The position numbers and the translations under genes were made by a program. This document shows, one piece after another, positions 56,861 to 64,000 of a stretch of DNA of 64,000 nucleotides. Position 1 is the first letter of the stretch; each line of letters begins with the position of its first letter. The stretch comes from Candidatus Methylomirabilia bacterium (GTDB taxonomy: Bacteria; Methylomirabilota; Methylomirabilia; Rokubacteriales; CSP1-6), in contig JBGQLG010000008.1 in the NCBI GenBank assembly GCA_041499965.1, forward strand, positions 6,360 to 70,359, read 5' to 3'. The notes under the pieces were generated by a model. That model did not search any database and was not told where the DNA came from. It was given only the letters and a program-made list of their open reading frames with translations.

Positions 56861-58708
56861 TCACCGCACGCGCTCCAGCGCGGCGGTGTCGCCGAATTGC
56901 AGGCGATGCAGATGGCGGTACGTCTCGCTCCGCTCCAGCAGCTCCGCGTGCCGTCCCACCGCCTCCACGCCTGCGCGGCCGAGCACGACGATGCGGTCGG
57001 CCCGCAGCACCGTGGACAGGCGGTGGGCGATCACCAGCGCGGTCGTGCCCTGCACCGCCCGGTCGATGGCCTCCCAGACCACGCGCTCCGACTCGCTGTC
57101 GAGCGCGCTGGTGGCCTCGTCGAGCACGAGGACGGCGGGCCGGCCGACCACCGCCCGCGCGATGGCGACACGCTGGCGCTGGCCGCCCGACAGGCGGATG
57201 CCGCGATCACCGACCAGCGTGGCGTAGCCGTCCGGCAGCTCCGTGACGAAGTCGTGGGCGTTGGCCACCCGGGCGGCGCGGAGCACCTCGGCCTCGTCCA
57301 GTCCCTCGCGGCCGTAGACGATGTTGTCGCGGATGGTGGTGTTGAAGAGCAGCGCCTCCTGGGAGACGACGCCGAACAGTCGCCGGTACTCGGCCTGGCG
57401 CAGGGTGCGCACGTCGCGTCCGTCGAGCGACACCACGCCCGTCACCGGATCGTAGAACCGCAGCAGCAGGTCGGCCACGGTGGACTTGCCCACGCCGCTG
57501 GCGCCCACCAGCGCCACCATCTCGCCGCGGACGATCTCGAAGCTCACGCCCTGCAGCACCGGCTCGTCGCCGTAGCTGAACGACACGTCGGCGAAGACGA
57601 TGCGGTCGCGGAACTCCCCGACGGGTTCGGTGCCGTCGGTCGTCTCGGGCCGCGCGGCGAACAGCTCGGCCACGCGCCCGGTCGCCGCCAGCACGCCCTG
57701 CACGGTGGACCAGGCCCCCGCCAGCAGGCCGATCTGGGCGACCGCGGCCCGGCCCACGTAGAGGAAGAGGAAGAACGTCGCCGCCGTCAGCCGGCCGGCC
57801 AGGAGCTCGTACACGGCCAGCAGGATCAGCCCGGCCTCGACCACGTAGTTGACGAAGCTCCGCGCCGGCTCCTCGATGTGCTTGTGGGCGCTCCGCTTGA
57901 CGTTGACGCGAACGACGTCGGCCAGCACGCGGGCCAGCCGCCCCTGCTCGAAGGCCTCGGCGCCGAACGACTTCACCGTCCGGATGCTCAGCAGCGTCTC
58001 CTGGAAGCGGGCGGCCACCTCGGCCAGCAGCGAGAACTGGTCGGTCATGAAGCGCCGCACCGGTCCGCGGACACCGCGGGTGACCAGCCAGTGCAGCACG
58101 ACCGCCGCCAGCGCCGCACCGACCAGGCGCGGGCTCGTGCTGGCCAGCAGGTATCCGTAGAAGAGGATCAGCAGCGGCGCGCTGAAGAGCGTTCCCACGA
58201 TCGTCTCCAGCCCGTGGGTGGCGGCCAGCGTGTCGTTGGACAGCCGCGACACCAGCTCGCCCGTGCGGTGGCGGGTGAAGAAGCTCATGGACAGCGTCAG
58301 GATGTGACGGAAGAGGTCGGCCTGCAGCGCCGTACCGGCGCGCATGCGGATCCACAGCCCCAGCATGTAGTTCCCGAAGTCGAGGATCGCCTTGATCGTG
58401 CCGACGCCGACGTAGGCCAGGCACAGCAGCGCGATGGCGCGGAACCGGTCGTCCACCGCGCTGACACCGATCCAGGCGAAGAACGCGGCGCCGAGGTTGC
58501 TCAGGGTCAGGCCGGTCACCCGCGACGGAGGCGCGCCGGCGCCGCCGAGGGCCAGGTTCAGGATCGGCGCCATCAGGATCGGGAACACCGCCGCCAGCAC
58601 GGTGCCGATCGCGCTGCCGATCAGCAGCAGCGTGACGGCGGGCCAGTGCGGGGCGACGTAGCGCCGCAGCAGCCAGGCGAACCGGCGCAGATCGTCCGCC
58701 CGCTTCAT
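56861..58708 (-). CDS. ABC exporter, fused permease/ATPase (MsbA/PglK/Wzk-like)
   Basis: Six-TM N-terminal domain. Walker A is GASGVGKST, the signature is LSGGQRQR and Walker B is VLVLDEATS. ATGA overlap with the regulator gene. Confidence 0.9.
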   Translation of the reverse strand: MKRADDLRRFAWLLRRYVAPHWPAVTLLLIGSAIGTVLAAVFPILMAPILNLALGGAGAPPSRVTGLTLSNLGAAFFAWIGVSAVDDRFRAIALLCLAYVGVGTIKAILDFGNYMLGLWIRMRAGTALQADLFRHILTLSMSFFTRHRTGELVSRLSNDTLAATHGLETIVGTLFSAPLLILFYGYLLASTSPRLVGAALAAVVLHWLVTRGVRGPVRRFMTDQFSLLAEVAARFQETLLSIRTVKSFGAEAFEQGRLARVLADVVRVNVKRSAHKHIEEPARSFVNYVVEAGLILLAVYELLAGRLTAATFFLFLYVGRAAVAQIGLLAGAWSTVQGVLAATGRVAELFAARPETTDGTEPVGEFRDRIVFADVSFSYGDEPVLQGVSFEIVRGEMVALVGASGVGKSTVADLLLRFYDPVTGVVSLDGRDVRTLRQAEYRRLFGVVSQEALLFNTTIRDNIVYGREGLDEAEVLRAARVANAHDFVTELPDGYATLVGDRGIRLSGGQRQRVAIARAVVGRPAVLVLDEATSALDSESERVVWEAIDRAVQGTTALVIAHRLSTVLRADRIVVLGRAGVEAVGRHAELLERSETYRHLHRLQFGDTAALERVR

Positions 58709-59334
58709 GCGCGCTGCCCGTTGGCGACCGGCGCCGCGGCGCGCAGCGTGACGCACTTGTCGCGGGGCACGCCGCTGGCGACCAGCATGTCGATGGTCGC
58801 GTCGGGACGCTCGAAGGTCGCCACCACCACCGCGTCGAGATCCTCGCCCGTCAGCTCCGCGACGCCCCGGACGGGGAAGCCGAGGAAGCGACCAGCGGGC
58901 TCGGGACCGAACACGGCGACGGGCTCCAGCCCCAGCTCGCGCAGCGTGAGGTACGCCAGCTCGGCCGCCTCGCCCGTGCCGTAGAACGCCACCCGCTTGA
59001 GCCCGTCGGCGGCCATGCGCCCCAGCGCCTCGCGCAGCGTCTGCCGCGTGCGCCGGTACAGCCGGAGCGAGTAGACCATGTGCTCGTAGGTGAGCCGGCT
59101 CTTCTCGGCCAGCCCCTTCGGCGTCAGCAGGTAGCGTAACCGCTTGCGGGCGGCCGGGCGGTCGTTGAAGTGGACGACCTTGATGTAGCCCTTGCGGGCC
59201 AGGCGCTTGAGGCACAGGTTGGCGAGGCCGAGCGCGACGCCGAGACGCTCGGCCAGCGCGCGCTGGGTCAGTGGCGTGCCTTCCTCGATCGCGGTGAGCA
59301 GCCGCAGGTCGCGGTCGAGGTGGCGCTCGCTCAC
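58705..59334 (-). CDS. Winged-helix (MarR-like) transcriptional regulator with C-terminal Rossmann-like domain
   Basis: The N-terminal wHTH is LTQRALAERLGVALGLANLCLKRLARKGYI. The C-terminal segment is RVAFYGTGEAAELAYL...DAVVVAT (GxGxxA). It is the first gene of the long minus-strand block. Confidence 0.7.
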   Translation of the reverse strand: MSERHLDRDLRLLTAIEEGTPLTQRALAERLGVALGLANLCLKRLARKGYIKVVHFNDRPAARKRLRYLLTPKGLAEKSRLTYEHMVYSLRLYRRTRQTLREALGRMAADGLKRVAFYGTGEAAELAYLTLRELGLEPVAVFGPEPAGRFLGFPVRGVAELTGEDLDAVVVATFERPDATIDMLVASGVPRDKCVTLRAAAPVANGQRA

Positions 59335-59357
59335 GGGGTCGTCCGGGGGGGCTGCAT

Positions 59358-59372
59358 GTTCAACACTTGAAC
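59358..59372. promoter_or_regulatory. Perfect palindrome GTTCAA-CAC-TTGAAC, candidate operator
   Basis: Lies 24 nt upstream of the regulator start codon, between the putative -10 and the start. It is in the only AT-richer patch of the leader. Confidence 0.4.
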
Positions 59373-59376
59373 ACGG

Positions 59377-59406
59377 ATTGCAGCACAGGAGCTACCACGG
59401 GGTCAA
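59377..59406 (-). promoter_or_regulatory. Candidate promoter of the glycan operon (TTGACC-N18-TGCAAT)
   Basis: By-eye hexamer match on the minus strand, immediately upstream of the palindrome. Confidence 0.3.
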
Positions 59407-59428
59407 CCTCTCATGTCCGGGTCGTGGC

Positions 59429-59453
59429 GCCCCCACCCGACACCGGGCGGGGC
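59429..59453 (-). terminator. Hairpin downstream of yjbQ
   Basis: GCCCCGCCC-GGTGTC-GGGTGGGGC on the minus strand forms a 9-bp stem with one G-U pair, 24 nt after the yjbQ stop. There is no U-tract. Confidence 0.3.
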
Positions 59454-59476
59454 CGCGAGGCAGGGAGTGGGAGCCG

Positions 59477-59905
59477 CTACTCTCCGATTACCTGGAGGGT
59501 GATCTCACGCTTTCGCGGGCCATCCAGCTCGGCGAAGATGACCGACTGGAAGCGGCCCAGGGCCAGCTCGCCGTTGACGAGGCCCACGGCGATGCTGCGG
59601 CCCAGCAGGGCCGCCCGCAGGTGCGCGCACGCGTTGCCGCGCTCGCAGTCCGAGTAGCGCGGGTCGTCGTGACGGTAGCCGCCCCGCTCGGGGACGAGCC
59701 GCTCGATGAGGCCCTTGAGATCGTCGATCAGGGCGCTCTGGAACTCGTTGATGAAGAGCGCGCAGGTGGTGTGCAGGGTGTTGATCAGCGCGATGCCATT
59801 GGTGACCGAAAACTGCTGAATCGCCTCCCGGACGTGCTTGGTGATGTCCGAGACCTCGTAGCGCTCATCGGTCGACAGCGTGAACGAGGCGTTGAAGACC
59901 TTCAT
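59477..59905 (-). CDS. yjbQ: YjbQ/UPF0047 family protein (secondary thiamine-phosphate synthase-like)
   Basis: 142 aa. Carries the HTTCALFINE motif and family-typical length. A GGAGAA SD sequence lies 8 nt upstream. Confidence 0.8.
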   Translation of the reverse strand: MKVFNASFTLSTDERYEVSDITKHVREAIQQFSVTNGIALINTLHTTCALFINEFQSALIDDLKGLIERLVPERGGYRHDDPRYSDCERGNACAHLRAALLGRSIAVGLVNGELALGRFQSVIFAELDGPRKREITLQVIGE

Positions 59906-59989
59906 GTCCGTTTCATTCTCCGAGTCTCCGAGCCGCTCTGAAATTTCGCTGGCGCGCGCCGGTGTGTAGCCACGCCGAGACCAAGGGTT

Positions 59990-60019
59990 ACGATAAAGGC
60001 TCCTTCACACCATTGTCAA
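59990..60019 (-). promoter_or_regulatory. Candidate yjbQ promoter (TTGACA-N18-TATCGT)
   Basis: Consensus -35 hexamer in an AT-richer spacer about 85 nt upstream of the yjbQ ATG. Confidence 0.35.
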
Positions 60020-60029
60020 ATATCGATAC

Positions 60030-60851
60030 TCAGGCGGTTTTCGGGTCGAGCAGGTCGCGCAGGCCGTCACCGAGAAAGTTCAGACCAAGCACCGTCAGGG
60101 CGATGGCGCCGCCAGGAAAGACCGCGAACCACGGGTTCAGGGACAGGAAGTTCTGGGCCTCCTTGAGCATCAAACCCCAGGAAGGGTACGGGGGTTGCGT
60201 GCCCAGGCCGAGATAGGCCAGGGCCGCCTCGGCCAGGATGGCCACCGGGAAGCTGGTCGTCGCCTGCACGATCAGCGGCGGCAGCGAGTTCGGCAAGATG
60301 TGGCGCAGCACGAGGCGGCCGGCGCCGCCCCCCAGCGCCCGGGCGGCCACCACGAACTCCCGCTCGCGTAGCTCGAGCACGCTGCCGCGGGTGAGCCGAG
60401 CGAAGGCGGGCACGAAGGCGATGCCGATGGCGGTCATGCTGACCAGCATGCCGGGCGAGAAGACCGCGGTGAACAGCAGCGCCGACAGGATCGCGGGAAA
60501 CCCCTGCACCGCGTCGACGAGCCGCATGAGGATCTCGTCGAGCCAGCCGCCGGCGTAGCCGCTGGAGAGCCCCAGCAGCATGCCCACCGCCGCACCGATG
60601 CCGACCGCGATGAGCCCGACGGCGATCGAGGTGACGGCGCCGGTCATCACGCGCGAGAGGACGTCGCGCCCGAACTGATCGGTGCCGAACGGGTGGCCCC
60701 CGCTCGGTCCCTGCAGTCGGCTGGTGATCGACATGGCCAGGGGATCGACCGGCGTGTAGACGAGGCTGAGCGCGGCGGTGGCGACCAGCGCCAGCGTGAG
60801 CCCCGCGCCCAGCGTGAAGGTGACGTGGCGGAAGGGACGGCGGCGGGCCAC
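60030..60851 (-). CDS. ABC transporter permease (DppC/OppC-type)
   Basis: 273 aa with six TM helices. It has the BPD-transport EAA-like loop and an N-terminal oligopeptide-permease-type segment. Confidence 0.85.
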   Translation of the reverse strand: MARRRPFRHVTFTLGAGLTLALVATAALSLVYTPVDPLAMSITSRLQGPSGGHPFGTDQFGRDVLSRVMTGAVTSIAVGLIAVGIGAAVGMLLGLSSGYAGGWLDEILMRLVDAVQGFPAILSALLFTAVFSPGMLVSMTAIGIAFVPAFARLTRGSVLELREREFVVAARALGGGAGRLVLRHILPNSLPPLIVQATTSFPVAILAEAALAYLGLGTQPPYPSWGLMLKEAQNFLSLNPWFAVFPGGAIALTVLGLNFLGDGLRDLLDPKTA

Positions 60852-60853
60852 GG

Positions 60854-61798
60854 TTACTCGTACCGGATGCGCGGGTCGAGGAAGCCGTAGGCGACATCGA
60901 CGGCGAAGTTGATGACCACGATCGACGAGGCGACGAAGAGCGTCACGCCCTGCACGACCGGCAGGTCGCGCGCGCTGATGGCGCCGAGGGCCAGCCGGCC
61001 GAGGCCGGGCAACGCGAACACCGACTCCAGCACGATGGCGCCGGCCATGAGCTGACCGAGCTGGACGCCGGCCACGGTGACGATCGGGATCAGCGCGTTA
61101 CGGAAGGTGTGCTTGACCACGACGACGCGCTCGCGCAGCCCCTTGGCCCGGGCGGTGCGCACGTAATCCTCGCGCAGGACGTCGAGCACGGCCGAGCGCG
61201 TGGCCCGCACCAGCACGGCGGCCTGGAAGAAGCCGAGGGCGACGGCCGGCAGCAGCAGCGCGCGCAGGGCCGCCCATACGCCCGCCGACCACCCGTCGAA
61301 GCCGCCGGAGCGGACCCAGCCGAGCGTGACGGAGAAGAAGAGGATGAGCAGCAGGCCCGACCAGAACTGCGGGATCGAGATCCCGAGCTGGGAGACGATC
61401 ATCGCCAGGTAGTCGCCGCCGCGGCGATGGTGGGTGGCGGCGTAGAGCCCCAGCGGGATCGCGACCGCCACCATGAACGCCGCCGCCAGCAGCGCCAGCG
61501 GCAGCGTGACCGGCAGCCGGGTCAGGATCAGCTCGCCGACCGGCACGTCGTACTGGATCGACCGGCCGAGATCGCCCCGCAGCGCGTGGACGAGCCAGTC
61601 GACGTACTGCACCGCCAGCGGCCGGTTCAGCCCCATCGACTCCCGCAGCCGCTCGGTCGCCTCCCGGCTGCCCTCGATGCCCATGATCAGCGCCGCCGGA
61701 TCGCCCGGCAAAATACGGATCACCAGAAAGACGAGCAGCGACACGAACAGAAGCGTCGCGGCCAGCGCCGCGACTCTCCGCGCGACGTAACGGCGCAC
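60854..61798 (-). CDS. ABC transporter permease (DppB/OppB-type)
   Basis: 314 aa with the typical N-terminus MRRYVARRV...LVFLVIRILPGDP and the loop YVRTARAKGL. Confidence 0.9.
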   Translation of the reverse strand: MRRYVARRVAALAATLLFVSLLVFLVIRILPGDPAALIMGIEGSREATERLRESMGLNRPLAVQYVDWLVHALRGDLGRSIQYDVPVGELILTRLPVTLPLALLAAAFMVAVAIPLGLYAATHHRRGGDYLAMIVSQLGISIPQFWSGLLLILFFSVTLGWVRSGGFDGWSAGVWAALRALLLPAVALGFFQAAVLVRATRSAVLDVLREDYVRTARAKGLRERVVVVKHTFRNALIPIVTVAGVQLGQLMAGAIVLESVFALPGLGRLALGAISARDLPVVQGVTLFVASSIVVINFAVDVAYGFLDPRIRYE

Positions 61799-61814
61799 GC
61801 GCTACTGAATCGCG

Positions 61815-62093
61815 CGGAGCGCGGACGTGCCAGGGCTCGGGCGTGGGGGTCGGCGGCCGGCCATGCCCCGCGGCCGCGCATCATGGCGAGCCGTTGTCGC
61901 CGTTGTCGCTCCGGGCTCGGCGAGCGAGCCGCCGAGGGTTCGACTTGTCCGCGCCCCAACCCCCTCTGGGGGATGGGGGGCCCGAGCGAGCCGAGCCCGG
62001 AGCGAGTTACGGCGACAGGCGAGCCATGCGCGCGACCGCGGGGCATGGCCGGCCGCCGACCCCCACGCCCGAGCCCTGGCACGTCCGCGCTCC
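61815..62093. repeat. Nested inverted-repeat element, family A copy 3 (~80-nt arms)
   Basis: The left arm (61815-~61903) and right arm (~62005-62093) are complementary. The core CCCCAACCCCCTCTGGGGGATGGGGGGCC lies at 61954-61982. The inner part is homologous to 9088-9364. Confidence 0.85.
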
Positions 62094-62111
62094 ACGAGAT
62101 TCACTCGCGGG

Positions 62112-63611
62112 TTATTTGGCGGACGACCACGAGACTTCCGACAGGTCGGCGGCGGGGACCGGCAGGTCTTTCCAGAGTCCCTGCACGCCCTTTTTCGTAA
62201 CGGCGAGCCGGGGGTGCATGTAGAGCCACACGGCGGGGGCGTCCTCCACGAGCATCTTCTGCATCTGGACGTAGAGGTCGCGGCGGGCCTTGTCGTCGAG
62301 CGTCACTTCCGACTTGTTGAAGAGCGCCTGGAATTGGGCGCTGTCGTAGCGGAAGTAGTACTTGGGGTTGGCGTAGTTGGCGATATCCCAGGACTCGGCG
62401 TGGCCGATGATCGTCAGATCGTACTCGGCCTCTTTCCAGACGCGCGAGATCCACTGCCCCCACTCGATCTGCTCGATCTTGACGTTGACGCCGACCTTGC
62501 GGAGCTGGTCGACGATGATCTCGCCGCTGCGCACCGTGTACTGGTACTGCGGCGACACGCGCAGGACCGCGTCGAACCCGTTCGGATAGCCCGCCTCGGT
62601 CAGGAGCTTCTTGGCCTTGGCGGGGTCGTAGGGCATCGCGGCGGTCATGTCGACGTAGTACGGGTTGAGCGGATCCACGTTGGTGCCGAGGATCTTGCCC
62701 ATCCCGAACATGGCGCCCTGGAGGACGTCCGGCTTGTTGACGGCGTAGGTCATCGCCCGCCGCACGCGCACGTCGCCGTACGGCTTGCGGGCGTTGTTCA
62801 TGGCCAGGATGACGTCGTTGGTGGTGTCGCCCACGATGACGGCGAAGCGCGGATCCTTCTGGAGCTCCTGCACGTGCTCGGCGCCAAGGCCGAACAGCGA
62901 GGCGTCGATGTCGCCGGCCTTGAGCGCGGCCTGCACGGCGTTGGGGTCGGTGATGAAGCGGAAGGTCACCCGGTCGAGCTTGGGCAGGCCCTTGACGTGG
63001 TAGTCCTTGTTCTTCACCAGCACGATCTTGTCGCCGCGCGCCCACTCCTCGAAGCGGAAGGGCCCGGTGCCGATCGGCGCGCTCTTGAGCGTGTCCACCG
63101 CCTCGCGCGGATAGATGACCGAGCCCTGGCGGGCCAGGTTGAGCAGGAAGTTGGCGTTGAGCGTCTTGAGCGAGAAGGTGACCGTGTAGTCGTCCTTGAC
63201 GATGATGTCGCCGATCGCCTCGTAATAGCGCGGGTAGGGATGCTTGGTCTCGGGGTTCATCGCCCGCTCGAACACGTACTTCACGTCGGCCGCCTTGAGC
63301 TCGCGGCCGTTGTGGAAGTGCACCCCCTTCTTCAGGAAGAAGGTGTAGTTGCGATTGTCGGTGGTGTGCCAGCGCTCGGCCAGCCACGGCACGATCTTGC
63401 CGTGCCGGTCCACCTTCACCAGGCACTCCTGGATGTTGTAGAGGACGACGCCGGCCGTCGCCGAGGCGGGGGTGGCGGTGAGGTCGAGACCGGGCGGCTC
63501 GGTGGAGGCCTGCACGACGAGGTTCTGCGGGGCCTGGGCGTGGACGGGCCCGGCCCCCGCGCCCAGGGCCAGCACGGCGCACACCGCGGTCAGGATCGTT
63601 CGGCGCGTCAT
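62112..63611 (-). CDS. ABC transporter substrate-binding protein, family 5 (DppA/OppA/NikA-like)
   Basis: Signal peptide MTRRTILTAVCAVLALGAGAGPVHAQ. SBP_bac_5 motifs include W.FFLKKGVHFHNG and PIGTGPFRF. 499 aa. Confidence 0.9.
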   Translation of the reverse strand: MTRRTILTAVCAVLALGAGAGPVHAQAPQNLVVQASTEPPGLDLTATPASATAGVVLYNIQECLVKVDRHGKIVPWLAERWHTTDNRNYTFFLKKGVHFHNGRELKAADVKYVFERAMNPETKHPYPRYYEAIGDIIVKDDYTVTFSLKTLNANFLLNLARQGSVIYPREAVDTLKSAPIGTGPFRFEEWARGDKIVLVKNKDYHVKGLPKLDRVTFRFITDPNAVQAALKAGDIDASLFGLGAEHVQELQKDPRFAVIVGDTTNDVILAMNNARKPYGDVRVRRAMTYAVNKPDVLQGAMFGMGKILGTNVDPLNPYYVDMTAAMPYDPAKAKKLLTEAGYPNGFDAVLRVSPQYQYTVRSGEIIVDQLRKVGVNVKIEQIEWGQWISRVWKEAEYDLTIIGHAESWDIANYANPKYYFRYDSAQFQALFNKSEVTLDDKARRDLYVQMQKMLVEDAPAVWLYMHPRLAVTKKGVQGLWKDLPVPAADLSEVSWSSAK

Positions 63612-64000
63612 AGCGACCTCCGGAAGTAGTCGAACGTGCGGCGCAGGCCCTCGTCGAAATCCACCAGGGGTGTGTAGCCGAGCAGCTTCCGGGCCCGATC
63701 GATGTCGGCCAGCGTGTGCGGCACGTCGCCGGCCCGAACCGGCGTGTGCCGCCGCTCGACGGCGCGGCCGAGCAGCGTCTCCAGCCGCGCGACGATGTCG
63801 AGTAGGCTCACGCGATCGCCGCAGCCCACGTTGAACACGCCGGCGGCCTCCGGCGCCTCGGCCGCCCGGCAGTTGGCGTCGACGACGTTGTCGATGTAGG
63901 TGAAGTCGCGCGACTGGCGGCCGTCGCCGTGGATCTCGAGCGGCTCGCCGCGCAGGCCCCACAGGATGAAGCGCGGGATCACCGCCGCGTACTCCGAGGC
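63608..64000 (-). CDS. NAD-dependent sugar epimerase/dehydratase (SDR), C-terminal fragment (5' end outside window)
   Basis: The frame is open to the window end. C-terminal motifs are VIPRFI, GDGRQSRDFTYIDNVV and NVGCG. Its stop overlaps the binding-protein start (ATGA). Confidence 0.8.
   Translation of the reverse strand, partial: ASEYAAVIPRFILWGLRGEPLEIHGDGRQSRDFTYIDNVVDANCRAAEAPEAAGVFNVGCGDRVSLLDIVARLETLLGRAVERRHTPVRAGDVPHTLADIDRARKLLGYTPLVDFDEGLRRTFDYFRRSL

Noticed and set aside
22119-59334. Secondary-metabolite (antibiotic sugar) cluster interpretation, prompted by the carbamoyltransferase, radical SAM enzymes and Vat-like acetyltransferase.
   Set aside because: No PKS, NRPS, aglycone-forming or cyclitol genes are present. 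The presence of an initiating phosphoglycosyltransferase, a ligase-like protein and an MsbA-like flippase points to a lipid-linked surface glycan instead.

Overview
High-GC (~70%) bacterial chromosomal segment with Gram-negative-type envelope genes. All calls come from reading the six-frame track and from remembered family motifs. No database search or HMM was run. (i) 1-21.7 kb is mostly plus-strand housekeeping: aspartate-family genes (aminotransferase fragment, hom, lysC, dapL, dapA, dapB), argH, folB/folK, comEA/comEC, mltG, plsC, a Zn-ADH, a DksA/TraR protein, an ECF sigma/anti-sigma pair, and a minus-strand rpoA that lacks its usual ribosomal-protein neighbours. (ii) 22.1-59.3 kb is one uninterrupted minus-strand block of 33 genes (~37 kb), heavily linked by 4-nt ATGA/GTGA stop-start overlaps. 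It encodes a large tailored-glycan system: wHTH regulator, MsbA/PglK-like ABC exporter, a pseudaminic-acid-type nonulosonic acid core (pseB, pseC, pseG, pseI, pseH), carbamoyltransferase, hexapeptide acetyltransferase, PIG-L deacetylase, two B12-radical-SAM enzymes, an oxidoreductase, a cytidylyltransferase-aminotransferase fusion, five SAM methyltransferases, seven glycosyltransferases, a ColD/ColC-like 3,6-dideoxyhexose pair, an initiating phosphoglycosyltransferase, an O-antigen-ligase-like protein and a KdsC-like phosphatase. This is the best candidate for an undescribed system in the window. (iii) 59.4-64 kb holds yjbQ, a peptide-type ABC importer (binding protein plus two permeases, no ATPase in view) and the 3' end of an NAD-dependent sugar epimerase. 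Non-coding highlights are a family of 175-280 bp nested inverted-repeat elements placed 7-21 nt after stop codons, a 4 x 45 bp tandem repeat inside the glycan operon, and a duplicated ~49-nt motif in the dapL-rpoA spacer. No tRNA, rRNA, CRISPR, transposase, integrase or phage genes were seen.
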